DNA of 59,232 nucleotides, counting the filler, from Basidioascus undulatus (Eukaryota): assembly GCA_000826855.1 (NCBI GenBank). It is 5 parts of 5 records of this genome, joined end to end, with 100 filler letters (N's around TTAATTAATTAA, not from the genome) between each part and the next. Parts side by side here need not be neighbours in the genome. Positions count along the whole stretch, not along the records: positions 1 to 11,785 come from JTLS01000980.1; positions 11,886 to 23,669 come from JTLS01000981.1; 3 more parts are not named here. One strand, written 5' to 3'. A program made the translations under genes and the position numbers. The notes below the pieces were generated by a model. It was not told the origin of the DNA. It was given only the letters and a program-made list of their open reading frames with translations, and did not search any database. Shown in pieces: positions 1-12,911 of the stretch (positions within the stretch are counted from its first letter, which is position 1; each line of letters opens with the position of its first letter).

Positions 1-617
1 CCCCCAACCGCCCCAACCAGGGCCACAGCGACGCCAGACTTACGTTGTTGCCATTCCAGTTTCCGCGGGTCAAACTTAATGGGCACCAGCCCCAAACGGT
101 GGGAGAGCACCTCGTCCATGATGATAGAAGTGTTGTTGAACACGTAAACATGCTCAACAGCGATGGTCGGGATCTGCCCCCCAGCCAGCCCACTTGAGCT
201 ATGCGCACTACCCGTTTGACCTAGAAAGGGGGCGCTCACCTCAGCAATCATTATCCGCCTGAACGCGTTCGCAATCGCCGCGTCCACGCCGACGAGGTCA
301 AACTCGATCTCGGACTCCGATAGGCGGTTGATCTGCGTGACGAGTTTCTGCTCTTCCCCAATCGATCAGGGCACATGCTCGCGCGATCTACGGGAAAACC
401 AGACCCGCACTGATTTGAAAGCCTCCAGATTCCACGAGTTGTCCTCGCCCGGATAGTGGCCCGGAAAGTCAGAGGACGCGACCTGCTCCGCCCCTTCCGG
501 TCAGACGCTGCTGCAGCTCCGAGCGCTCCCCTCCCAAGCGCGCGAAGGACGGACATCGCGGACGCGCTCGGCGTCGATCTTGACCAGCCGTCGGGGGTTG
601 ATGTTGGGATCGGACAT
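1..617 (-). CDS. RPC40: RNA polymerase I/III shared subunit AC40 (RPAC1), 5' part, cut by window start
   Basis: Spliced translation MSDPNINPRRLVKIDAERVRD|VASSDFPGHYPGEDNSWNLEAFK..|..EFDLVGVDAAIANAFRRIMIAE|IPTIAVEHVYVFNNTSIIMDEVLSHRLGLVPIKFDP matches AC40 hallmark motifs; GT-AG introns. Confidence 0.94.
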
Positions 618-1172
618 GGCCGCAGAAGGGAGGATGAGGAGGAGGGAAGCGTGAGTGTGTGGGAGTTAGAAGGGAAGCGACGGCGACGAACTTGCAGCGA
701 TGCGCGTAGTTCGGCCGGCAAAAATGTGGATTTGACAGGAGTTGGCAAACAATTGGGGCAAGACACCTCTCGGCGATCCCCTTAATTCTCCTTGCCGCAG
801 ACTATGATACTGTTTTAATGAACAGTAAATTTTATGAATAGCTTCATTGCTCTGTTTGATGGTCCTGAACTTGGCAAACTTGCCAGGGGACTCAAAGTGC
901 CACCGGGGCTGCATGTCAGTTTTCCTTGAATGCCTTGTTGCGCAGTACCGTTGCTGTGCTGTATCTACGCAAAAGCCCCGAAAAAGATACCGTGTCGAGG
1001 TCTCCTCCGTGGCAAACCGCATGGCGTGGTGGGCGCAACGCTCTTCATGCATTCTTCTACAGCCCGATCGTCGGTGAAAGGCCCAGCAGTCCACTCTGTT
1101 CTTCCTCTTCTCCATCTATCCATATTCGTTTCTACCCCAACCACTCTTACGAACATCCACTTTTCACTCATC

Positions 1173-2274
1173 ATGTCCGCCACCAGCCCCCTCAACGCCA
1201 AAGTCGTCCTCGTCGTTGGCTCCACCTCAGTGTGTTCTTCCACACTCACTGTTCGCCTGTCTTCACTAACACGGGTACTGCTCTAATGCATCAGGGCATG
1301 GTCGTGCCCTGGCCGAGAAGCACCTCGAGACTGGGCACGTGATCGCCGTCGGGCGGCGCAAGGAGCGCCTAGACGAGGTATGCACTCCCTTCCCCCTTTC
1401 CCCTTGGCTAGCACTAACGCGACCCACTGCTTTTGTTGCTCGTGAAGCAGTACGTCTCCGACAAAGTCCAGGGCGTACCTTTCGACAGGCCGACTACTCC
1501 GGCCTTCCCGAGTTCGTCAAGAACGTAACCGGCGCGTTCAGCGGCGAGCTTGACTGCGTGGAGCTCGTGAGCGGGATCCAGCGGTGTGTCTACCTCGTCC
1601 CCTCCCTCCCTTTCTCCCCACCCCCACTCACAAAATTATCCTTGTCCAGGGGTTTGAATTTTACCAAGCCCGAAATCGGCTGGGACACAGTCGAGAAATA
1701 GGTCGACCTGAACTACCACGCCGTCCTCCGCCTCGCACACGCCCACCTTGCGAGCAAGCCGCGCCCACAGCTCGTGTTCGTCTCGAGGTGCTGGTTATGG
1801 CGCCCATCACTGCTCGCCCGTATAAGCATCCAATGCTCATGTCGTACTGTGAGGCTGAACTGACGAACGGAAACTGTTCGCGCAGACTGCGCGAGCAAGG
1901 CCGCCCTGCACCAGTTCATCCTTGCTCTCCGGAAGCAGGTCTTCGCGACCGAGAAGCACAATAACATCCACGTAATCGATATCATGCCTCCCACCGGTGC
2001 GTCCCCTTCTTCCCTCCCTTCTCCTCCACTCTCTTCCCTCTTTTTCCATCCATCTGACACCCTCCCTCGCAGTCGAGTCCCAGCTGCATGACCGCCCGCA
2101 ACCAGACGCAGCTTGCGTTCAACAAGAAGGAGAAGCGGCCAGAGAACTAGATGCCGCTGAAGGTCATCGGGCACGTGTGGGTCAAGTTCGGGGAGGATTC
2201 CCATGGGCGGCACGGTTGGACAGTGGGAGAAGGTCAAGAAGCCCAGGAGGGAAGTGCTGAAGGGCTTACCGTGA
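1173..2274 (+). pseudogene. Short-chain dehydrogenase/reductase pseudogene
   Basis: Rossmann motif VLVVGSTS|GMGRALA, VIAVGRRKERLDE and the catalytic-motif segment (Y)CASKAALHQF. Lesions: frameshift near 1487, in-frame TAG at 1699-1701 (EK*VDLNY), TAG at 2148-2150, eroded C-terminus. Confidence 0.78.
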
Positions 2275-2609
2275 GGAGGGGTGAAATCGATGTTGTTGTT
2301 CTGAGAGATGAAACGAGTGAACTCTAGGTCGGAGACGGTGGTCTGAAGAGAGCATGTGCTTCGAACATGTCTGGCACGGCGCGACTGCGACCGTTGGTTC
2401 CATACTGGCTCACTTTTGGAAAGTGTGCAAATGCTCAAACCTCGCTGTTCATGCTCGCAACACGAAGGAATCTTGGAAGGATCAATCAATTTCAAACATG
2501 ACGCATAGATGTGCAGTGGTGCTGTCCTTCCGCGCAATGCAGGAAACCGAGGCCTGCCACCCCCGCCGTCGCTGCGCCGCCCACCCCCAAACCAACTCTT
2601 CTCGCCCAC

Positions 2610-3922
2610 TCAAATCCAATTACCCCGCCCCTTAAGCCCCGCCACCAGCTTCCCCTCCTTCACGCCCCTCCCCCGCTTGCGCTTGCACGGGCTCTGCGGC
2701 ACGTACTGGGTCCCGGGCATCAGCGCCTCCAAGTCCTGCAGCAGCTTCCACCTGTCATGGACCAAGCGGGACACGTCAGTGTTCGAGAGGACGAGGGGTA
2801 GGGCCGGTTAAAAGCGTGGGAGATCTGGGTTCACCTCTTACGCACATCCCGCTCGGTCACCCCGTGCAGGCCTTGCTTCGCCAGGTCCCGGAGGAGCTCG
2901 GGCATGTCAATATGCTTGATGGCGAGGGGTAAGAGTCGGTGCAGCTGAGTTGAGACCAGAAATATCAGAGATAAAGCTATGCATTTGAGTTGAAAAGATT
3001 CGGTATGTGAAGCAAAGCGCAGCGGCGTACCTGCTTGTCTGCAGAAACCGGGCTCGAGCTGAAGTGGCTCTTCGGCTGCTGGTGCTGCTCGGGGGACGGT
3101 GCGATGCGAGGACGCTTCGACGGCGGAAGGCAGGAGAATATGTGTGCGGAAGAAGGTCCGGCGGACGCGGAGGGAGAGGGGAAGGGCCGCTTGCGGATGG
3201 GCGGCGAAGGCGCTGGACGGGGGCGATGCGAGAGCTTGAGGGGTGCGACGGTGGGCATGGACGTTCGTGAGGGCTGTAAACACGGAAAGAGACCGCAGCA
3301 ATGTGAGATCCCTCTTTCCTATACCCGAAAGACCAAACGACAGAATTACCTCGGGCAGGTCGTTGAACACCTCCAGACCCTCTTCCTCTCCCTCGCCCTC
3401 GACATAGTACTCCAACAGCCCATCGAGCAGCACCTCCACCTGCGTCTCGTCCTCTTCTCGAGAAGTTTGAGGAGCTTCCGGGAGAAGCTTGGCAGGGCGT
3501 GTTGGTGAAACGACGGCACTCTCGGGCAGGAAGATGGACGTCGCCCAGCTCGAGGTGAGGGACGTCCGCCGCTTGCGGGGAGTAGGGGCGATGGGACGAG
3601 AGGTGGAAGGGGACGCTGACACGATAAATGGAAAATTAAGCATTTTCGAAGCTCCGTCAGGACCAGGACGAGAAGGCGCCCTCACAGTGAACAGTCGGCA
3701 GCATCGAGCTCGACATCGCGGGAAGCTGGTGCGGGTAAGGAAGCTGCATGCCGTATGGACCTGCTCCCATTCCATTTTTGAACGGCGTTGGTCCAATTGA
3801 GTGACAGACGTCGACGTACTGTCATGTCTCCCGGAGGACTCCGGCGGAGCACCGCCAGCTGCCTCGCCGTTGCCAGCCGCAGTGAGTTTCAAGAAGGGCT
3901 TGAATTTCCGTAGGGAGTCCAT
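2610..3922 (-). CDS. Hypothetical multi-exon protein, Pro/Ser-rich with a helical C-terminal domain
   Basis: ATG at 3922 after a pyrimidine-rich leader. Canonical introns join ..LLPLAIKHIDMPELLRDLAKQGLHGVTERDVRKR|WKLLQDLEALMPG..NWI*. No family recognised. Confidence 0.5.
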
Positions 3923-4369
3923 GAGGCGCGGTAGCGAAGACAGGGATGTAGGTGCGAGTCGTCTGGGTGGCGGGTGAGTGAGAAAGTGAGGGCAGAGCAA
4001 GAGGGCGAGGGGTTTGTTTTGATTAACGGAAGTGGGGATGACAGCTGCCGGTACGGAGAAAACGACAGAGCCGGAGGGCAGGTTGGAGATGCGGGAACTT
4101 GGCTGTGCTCGAGTGCGTTTTTTAAACACTTGTCTTTCGCTGGCTTTATACGGTATAATAAGAAAAGAAAAAAACAACCCCATAGACCTCACATACACAT
4201 CCTAAGCTCAAAGAGAGTGGCAGTGGGGGGGCACACTGTCATCGTTGGCGACAGCAGAATGCGAGACAGCCACACATCGCAGACAATGAACGCTATAAAA
4301 GATATCTGAGTGCTACATAATCATTTTATACTAGTCTGATAATGACTATATTCAGTCGTATCCCCATCT

Positions 4370-7300
4370 TCAAGCAGGCGAGTCCTTGCCCTTCAAGTCG
4401 TCGAACGGCCCATCTCCCACCGCCGTCACGTCCGTCTGACCCGAAGAGCGCCTCCTCGGTCCACGAGTAGGTTTCCCAGTGGACTTCCTCCAGACCTCGG
4501 CCGCGATGAAGGCAATCGTCCTCCAGCCTTGCAAGAGCGGAAGAACGCCTGGAGAGAAGGCGTGTGAGTGCCTCGTGTGCTTTCACTCAAACTAGCATCT
4601 AGACAGGTGTGTTTGCCACTCACCCGCAACGAAGAAGGCAAAGAAAGCCCAAATTATTCCGACCACGATCCAGCCCGTGAAGAACGGCTTGGAGAAGACC
4701 TGCATAGTAACCGCACATGGGTAAGCTGCACCGTCAATACATTCTCTCATTGGGAGCGCTTACCCAGTTCGCGCCGTACATCGGCAACGCTGTCGTACTC
4801 TGTGTCAGCACACACCCTGAGACCTCCTTAATCCCTGAAAAATCCGTACGCCAAAGTACCTGACAACGTTACAGCGTTGCAATCCATTAGCCATACGTCG
4901 CAACACAGCTGATAGATCTCCGGGACGGCTTACCCAGACTGCGAGAAATAGGACCACCGCCGCGGCCCCCGAGAAGATCGATCCTTTCTTGAGATAGGCG
5001 ATTTGCTCTGGGGAGAACTCGGTCGTCTTCTCCGAATGGCTCACGCTCGAGTCGTCCGCCTCGACGAGCTTAACCTCGTTGAACTAGGGGAGGCCGTTCA
5101 GGTAGGCCGAGCACGTGGGAACTACTGTTGGGAAACTCCAATAAATAGAAGCAAGTTTTACGCACCTTGGCCCAGTCATACCGGTAGGGCTTGAGGAGAA
5201 GGCTGAGAATGATTGAAGTGGGGAGAGGGAGGAACGCCGAAGTCACGGTGCCATACTGTAAAGAGTTCCTCGCTTCAGCTTCTCTTAATTGTACAGGAAT
5301 TAAAGAACGAACACACCACGCAAGGCAAGGACGTGCCCGTGCTGTCGATCGTGACAGCGCCCTCGAATGCGTATGCAGTCGAGAGCCAGACGGCGATGCC
5401 GCCCGCCATGCCGAGGATGGGGGACACAATTGCGGCGACCTTCGTCTGCCGGTCCCATAGGATCGTGAGGAGGATGGGGAACATAGACGGGCAGACGATG
5501 ACGCCAAGCATGTAGATCGTCCAGCCGAGGGAAACGCCTACAAAATGGTGGTTCAGCTCTCTGCCTTGAAAGAAAGGCTCTCATGCGAGGGGAACGCACC
5601 TCCGTAGAATAGGCCTGTGCTGAAAGCGGCCATGAACTACAAGATAGCAAAGTAGGGTAAGCTTCAAGGCTTGAAGATAAATTTCACTCTCAAATCTGAC
5701 GTACGAGGCCAAACCCGATGACAGCCAAGTGCGACACCCGAATCACAGCCTTATCGCTGGCCTTCGGCCGGAGGTAAGTCTTGTAGATGTCGTAGGCACT
5801 ATGGGTCACAGAGAGTAAGTTGAGACTCATCAGTACCATGCTGTACTGCGTACGAGATAGAGCTGACAGCGATCAGCTGTGCCGAAGTTGTGGAGGTGAC
5901 GGCCTAAAAGAATTGAGTGAGAAAACAGGCGTCTCGTCCAGATACCATGAGCTGCATCTCATCGAACCATGAAGACGATTACCAACACAGCCCCAGCACC
6001 TCCTTTGCCGGCCAGCGTCTGGGCGACATAGGGGATGACGACCTGGACGTGAGGAGTCAGCGAGCTGCAAGGTACCAAATGAGCTAGAATCGCAACGTAC
6101 ACCCGCGTTTAGCTCCTCGGTAGTCATTGCCCGAGGATACGTCGGGAACAGCGGATTCGACTGCAAAGCGATTCCAGCGAGCCCTGTAGTTGCTGGATGA
6201 GTTGCGATGCAGTATTCAAAATGTGTGTGACAACGTACCCATGACGGTTCCGAGGGAGAACGGAATCGCCCAGTACGCTACAGCACCCAGAACGTATCCT
6301 GTTTTTGGTATTGGGAAGTCAGTGTCTTGTGGACGTCTAGTAAAGGGCCTAGGACGTACCAGGTACAGCGGCCGTCACATCGGCGGCAAAACCCTTCTGC
6401 CAGTACGACGTGTCTGCAATGACGAGCCCAACTGTTCAGAGTGATTATGTGCGTCAGTCGAAAGTTTCTCTGGGTTCAGCAGAGTGAGAGCGGACAGTTT
6501 GCCATAGTGTGGATGATCCCAAAGAGAATCCCCTCCTTGGACGCCATCGTCAGGTAGCTCCCTTGGTAATTGCCCGCAACGGGTGTCTGTTGTATCAGAT
6601 GAGTATGCTGCTCGAAGGAAAGAACATGACCAGCAACTGACTTCGTCGCTGACTGCCTTCACGAGCTCCCAGAGGTGCTCGGGAGACCGAATGAGGTCGG
6701 TTGAGAAGGTCTTGATGCCGAAGTAGATGATTATGATGAGGATGCTATTGAAACGCAATTGAGTGGACTCTTCTAAGGGATGAATAAGGAGCCACGAACA
6801 TGACGGTGTGCACTGTTGCGCCCCTCGGTAAGTAGACACCAGAATGGCCCGTTTATCGAGCTCGACGCACCATAGTCCGTGAGGAAAGTCGCTTTCAAGC
6901 CTCCTGTTACCGTGTACAGCACAACTCCCAGACTGTTCGTGTCGGTGAGCTTTTTCTTTCAAGTCGGTACGCCGCACGAAGCCCAAGTTACTCACGGAAG
7001 CAGGAAGTTGGCCGCAACGGTGCTGAAAGAACAAGTTGAGGTCAGTTACACACGGTCGTACAACGTAACTGTAAGGCGTACTGCATCCCAGTGAGTGCAG
7101 TACTGTCGTTTGGAAAAGCCAAGTCGGATCAGCCTGAGCTGGAAGTAACGTGTAGAAGCTACGCACACGACTGCAGAAGCACCCAATAGCATGTTGGCGA
7201 CAGAAATGATGTTGTTGATCAGGCAGAGCACCTTTCAAGCCCGAGAGCCTTCAGCAGGATCCACATGTCTGATTAAAGACGCTCACCATGTAGACGCAGT

Positions 7301-8077
7301 GCGTACTCTTGCCGTACCGCACTCGAATGATCTCGAGCAGCGTGTGGGCATTCGGGATTTTGAGCTTGGTCTGCAGATACAGTCGTCAATGGTGCCACCT
7401 TATCTGTGTCGCTCCTTGAAAGACCCACTTGAATAGCTATCAAAGCAAAGAACGCGATCTGCACCTTAAAGGTTCAGTGCTTCCATAGCCGAAGAGTTCT
7501 CTCGCAGTAATGCTCGCCTGAACCACGCAACCAGCCGCGAACCAGAACGCACCGCTGCAGCGAACACCTGAATCAGCACACATCCGCAGTGGTTGGAATT
7601 GCTGCTTACCTGACACCGTAGTTGAAGGTCACGGTCGCGGAAGACAGCATGGCCTGCGTATGTGTAAGCTCTTCTGAAAGTCTTCTTCGCTCGCTGGGTA
7701 GAAGTCGAGATAGGCTCACAGTTGTCCATGCCCAGCTACTGATAACCGCGGTTGCAGTCAAGCCTGTACCGACAGTGCGGTTGGCAACCTGCGGAGCTGT
7801 GCGTCAGGCGAGAGTCGGCGAGGCTGAAAAGAAGACTTCGAGCCGACCATGAACGTTTCACTTTGGTTCGGCTGGATATGGGCAAAAGAGCTCAGAACCA
7901 ATCTGATGTAGGCCGAAGGGATGGGGTAAATCGGCAACGTACGTTCTCCGAAAGGTACTCTTTCAACAGGCGCGTCACGACCATCATGCCTAACGCGAAC
8001 GCTAGCCCTACACCCACTACAACCCCGTATCCAACCCCTTGGGAGAGAGGTGGTAGTACCGTGACATCCGAAGACAT
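4370..8077 (-). CDS. DUR3: Urea active transporter (sodium:solute symporter family), many short exons
   Basis: MSSDVTVLPPLSQGVGYGVVVGVGLAFALGM; ETFM|VANRTVGTGLTATAVISSWAW; VLWPLPMYGANW|VFSKPFFTGWIVVGIIW are typical Dur3 segments; stop TGA at 4370-4372. Confidence 0.93.
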
Positions 8078-9763
8078 AGTCAAAAGCTCTTGGTTGATTC
8101 GGTGTAGAAACTCCTGAGGTTAACTTCAGCGGGGCGAGAATGAGACGACGACGAAGCTGCGAGAACAGAGAGACGATGTTGCTGAAAGTGAAGAAGATCA
8201 AGCTGTGAATCCCCGAAAAAGCAGAAGTGTTGATATTGATGTGCACGCAATGGAATGAGGCGATGGCGAGGGCGAGGTGTGCGCACTGCGGCCACGATCG
8301 TTTCCCAGAAGCCAGGGTGTCGGAAACTTTCTGAACTCCATTAGTTTTTAGCTTGAACGGCTTACCCCGGGTCAAGGGGTGCCGTCGCGGGAAGTCTGGG
8401 GTCGTCGTCGTTGTCCGGCGAAGGCCCTCGAGCGATGGCGAGCTCGGTGGTGAGAATTAGCTCAGCGACGCGCCCATTCGCCCCTTCCGCATAGACTACG
8501 AAGGATATCGACGCCATTACTCTAATTCTATGGACTGGGGAGTCTCTTAGTGCCGTGAAATAAATATGTTTGATACAATCGAGCGGACTATGATGTGCGC
8601 GCTCACACCGGGCGACAAGATGACCAGATGAGCGAGCATCATCGGCCACCTGAAATTTTTGTGTGGATCATGCTATGTGTGTAGAGCTCTACTGCACTGA
8701 AATAAGATAAGTTTAAACTTTTCGATTTCCTTTCCACAATACACGAGTCAGAGAACGAACCCAAGCAGTGGTTTTTGAGGCATGGTGGTTGTTTGGGGTG
8801 GACCGCCCACCAACAACAATCTTCTCTCGACTGTATCAACATTGCTTCATGCTTGCTGTGCTTATAAGTATAAAGCATATGTTTTCTTCATGTTTACCTT
8901 AGCTACGCGAGCAGACCGCCGACTTGTTTCACGTCTGGTCAGAATAGAAGCTGCACGTTTCTTAAATTTGGTTGCTGCAGTGCATGGACGGGTTGCATAG
9001 GAGAGCTTTGAGACCAGGATAGAAACAGTTCTGCCTTTGTTGTAATTTATTAAAGAAAAGAGTTTTTGAGAACGTGACTAGGGAAAAGCAGGGCTCAAGG
9101 ACCCGAAGGCTGGAAAACGAAGCGGGGACGAGGGAGGAATGTGAAGCGGTGGAACCGGAGTACTAGGGAGTGACTCATTCAAACAGCCGTTCACTCCGGC
9201 CGAAATACTTCTGGACTCGCGGCAAACACACAGCGTTCACCGTGAGGCGCTGCAATGCAACCCGGCCCAATCCAACCGTTTGTGCAGCTCTCACAGGTGA
9301 GTGGGCTCCGTGTCTCAAAGGGTAGAGAGTATGTATCAAAGTCTGTCAGTGACTCCGTGCCTCAATAGGCAATTTTCAGAGCGCCAACGGTATTGCGTTG
9401 GGAACACCGAGGATGGTCCGCCAGCAGGGATGCCGGCACGCCTCAAATCTGCTGCTCGTCATCTAATGTTTGTCTCCTAAACTGAAAGTCTTGGAAAAGA
9501 AGAACATAAATTATGGATGGTACAAGTCATATAGAGATGCCCGTTAGAGTGCCGACGAGACGAGACGGATGCAATCGTCAACACCGCCTTGCCGTACGCT
9601 CCGTCTGAAAACGCAGTGGCATTTCACCAGGCTCGCGGCTGAGACTCGACTGACCGTGATGGCCGCGACTCCGGCAGCACCGCCTTTATCTTCTCTCTCA
9701 CCATTATCTCATCCACCTCATCCCCCCTCCTTCTCACCCCCTTCTTCACCGCCGAACACCCCC

Positions 9764-10421
9764 ATGGCGGCGAGCACGTACTACTCGCCGCAGCTCCTCG
9801 CCAGCGCGCCAGAGCCCAGTCGCGCAGAGCGCCAAGCGGGCTACGATACCTCCCTCCTTTCCCCTGAATCCGCAAAGCTCGATCTCCCTCCCGGCGCTGT
9901 TCTCCCGCCGACCGACGAGAAGGCCTACTGCGCAGTCGCGCCCATGGACGACCCCAGATTCAGCTCACCGCCGCTCCGGCGCTCCGGCATGTCCCCCGCA
10001 CACGCGCAACAAGCGGAAGACCTTCCTGCTCTCCGTGCTCGCGCTCGCGGCGATCATCGCGCTCGCCGTAGGCCTTGGGGTGGGTCCGGGCGGGAAGGGC
10101 GGGGACAAGGACGAGGGTAGGGTAAGTGCGGAGGCCGAAAACAGCGCGTCCGCGCCGTCCAGCGCGACTGTGATGGGGACGGGGACGGCAGCGACCGCCC
10201 CGACCGCCCCGACCGCCCCGACCGCAGCGGACGCCCCCACCCCGGATGGCGCCAGCGTCGCTTCCAGTACGCCCACGTTCAACGGCCCGGCGATGGCCTC
10301 TGCGCCGAGGTCCGCGGCTGCGACTGCGGCGACCACTTCGGCAGCCACCGCGGCGCCTACGACGGCCCCGCTGCAGACGAACGAGGGGACGGGCGACCAG
10401 CTGGCCGGCGGGGTTGATTGA
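9764..10421 (+). pseudogene. Single-pass membrane protein with Thr/Ala/Pro-rich tail, apparent frameshift near 9990-10005
   Basis: The N-terminal frame MAASTYYSPQLL.. and the downstream frame RNKRKTFLLSVLALAAIIALAVGLGVG (basic patch plus TM helix) are out of phase with no plausible intron between them. Could also be an assembly error. Confidence 0.45.
10192..10225 (+). repeat. 9-bp tandem repeat CGACCGCCC, about 3.8 copies (encodes TAP repeats)
   Basis: Directly visible. Confidence 0.9.
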
Positions 10422-11785
10422 GGTTGGATCTGTTCAGGAGGTTGGTGAATCCGGTGAGATTGGGGACAGTCTTGTGGGGCACCGATGGCCAGCTATAGCT
10501 GTACCCCCCGCTTGCTGTGATGATGTTCGACCGGATGCATCTGATGGAAATGGAAACGCATCTCTGAGCCTGTCCCTATTCCACTATGGCTATCTGCTTT
10601 GAATGCAAGCAGCAAAAAAAAAATCAACAAACGTGAGCTGTATCGCCCAAACAAAGTGGCTCTGGCGCGGTTGTGAACCTGCGCCTAGTGCTGTATTGGC
10701 ACAGGGAAGTTCCTCCGGTCCTTGCCCCGCACACCACCACCACGCGATTATCTCTATACATCTTTCCAGTGTTCTAAGGCCTACTGTCGAATAATTGAAA
10801 TCCTATCAAACCCGCTGATCCTGACCTTAGGCTTCACAGTGGCCGAGGCCCGGAACAGTGGTCCTTGCTTGCATACCTGACCCTCTGCCCATGTGCAGGA
10901 TGGGACAGTGTAGTCCCAGGCAACCAAACCAATGTTTTCAAAGAAATGGTCCCCTTTGAGTACCGGTGAGATATCCGGCAAAGACAAAGGAAAGGGGGAA
11001 AGTGTGCGAAGAATTGTTCTCAAAAGTTCACAAAGCTCGGGAAGCACTCGATCGACGATCCCGCTGCGCCGAGGCAAACATGCTCTGTATAATTGATTGT
11101 GTCTTCTTCTGAGTAACTCGAACCGACCGCTGCTAATGATGCTTCCTCGGCACTGACGCGAAGGCCTCTGAGCTGTTGTTGAAGGTCCAGACGTCTGGAG
11201 CTGGACGACCGAGGTAGCAATGTGCTTACGGTTGAAGGCTGACATAGCATTAGGTGTTCCCGTTACTTAAGCAACTAACGGGAGACGGGAAGCAAGAGAT
11301 AGACGCGCGAAAGGGTCCCTCAAACCGCTGAGAGACGCAGGCAGGCAAGCGAGAGGTGGCAACAGAGATGGACTTATTGTGATGCTTATTTTGCGATGCG
11401 GAAAGGCTAGCTTCGCAGAGAGTCAGTGCCCACCTGAAAAATAGAATCAGTTGTACAGCCGCCAGCGATGGGCGGACTGATGACACAGCGCATCTGAACT
11501 CACACATGCCGTTCTAACTGCCCCGGCGCGACCAGCTCCCCCGCCTCATCTCTTCCCTCCTCCGGAGGGCGTCCTCCCAAGCTCCACTCTCCGAACGCAA
11601 CCGCACTATTTCCTCCGCGCGAGCATTCGGGTTCGCCAATCCATGCAACTGCACCCGACACGGCAGACTGTGTTCACGAGCTCGGGGTTGGACGCGTTTT
11701 CTGGCTGCATGAATAGGAGGGCGCGGACCCGTTCGCCGTTCCGCCGGCCTTTGTGATCACGGCGCGTCACTGCGGCCCTGCTCGT

Positions 11786-11885
11786 NNNNNNNNNNNNNNN
11801 NNNNNNNNNNNNNNNNNNNNNNNNNNNNNTTAATTAATTAANNNNNNNNNNNNNNNNNNNNNNNNNNNNNNNNNNNNNNNNNNNN
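11786..11885. other. Artificial contig linker
   Basis: N44-TTAATTAATTAA-N44; stops in all six frames; identical at four positions. Confidence 0.99.
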
Positions 11886-12911
11886 GGGTGAAGCGTGAGC
11901 TTCGACAGAAACTTGGCAGGCAAGGTGGGTGAGAGTAGCCTCACCAATTGCGCTGGCAATCGCCCATACTGATCCGAGGATCGCAATGAACGTGCCACGT
12001 TCCACGAGGGGTACCAAGTCCGCCACGATGATCTCGCACCTGCCGTTTGCTAGCCGTGAGCTTCGTGTGCAAACTGGGGGAAACAGCCTTGGGCTTACAA
12101 TGACAAGATACCGCCCCCGCCGACGCCTTGGATAGCTACAGGATGCCGCAAGAGTATCAGTACCGCCTGATTAATTTCTAGGAAAGGTGTAGCTAGACGA
12201 ACCCCTGGCGGCAATCAACCAGTTCAGCGTCTGCGCAGCCCCTGCCAGGGCGCTCCCGAGAGTGAAGAACAAGAGGCTCGCAAGCATCACAGCGCGGCGA
12301 CCGAACTGAAAATAGTTGGGCAAGTTTAGAGTAGGTTTGGATTGGATATGGCTGATCTTGCGCCTACGATGTTCGCCAAGCCACCACTCCATGGAAGGAA
12401 TGCTGTGGAAGTGAGAGCGTAGGCTGAGTGACAGGGTGAGCGTCGAAACTTGGATCAGCGGCTGGCACGGAAGATCCCCGACTCACCGGTCCCGACCCAT
12501 AAAAACTCGCCCTCCCCAAGGTCTTCAACGATGGTAGGCAATGCGGTGGAGACTGGAATATGAATGTCGAAGATGTCAGAAGCTCAGCCTTGACCATTGC
12601 TGAGTGAGTCGCGTAATGCACCTGCGGTCTTTCGCCCGTCCGGGATCGTTCAATAAGCGTCGGTCTCGCCCCTATGTTGCAAGGAGAACTAAACTACTAA
12701 CGAGATCCAGCGCACTCAGCAGAGATGCAACACAAAGGCTGAGGAACACCGCCCAAAAGCGCGCGTCCCTGGGTGGGGGGGATGTGGTCGTCGCCGGTTC
12801 CTGCTCATTAGGAAGCTGGGGGACGATCGGCAGTACCGAGACGTCGCTGGGCTTCTTCTCCTGAATGGTAGGTGTTTCCGGAGAGGTAGTGAGAGGTGCT
12901 TCTGTCGACAT
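11886..12911 (-). CDS. MFS drug:H+ antiporter, DHA2 (14-TM) type, 5' part, cut by contig edge
   Basis: FWAVFLSLCVASLLSALDL|TA|VSTALPTIVEDLG..WVGT|AYAL..GGLANI|FGRRAVML..FFTLGSALAGAAQTLNWLIAAR..IIVADLVPLVERGTFIAILGSVWAIASAIG. Confidence 0.92.

Noticed and set aside
10781..11250. Possible spliced gene fragment on the minus strand
   Set aside because: Exon-like pieces exist, but I could not build a consistent model or recognise a family.
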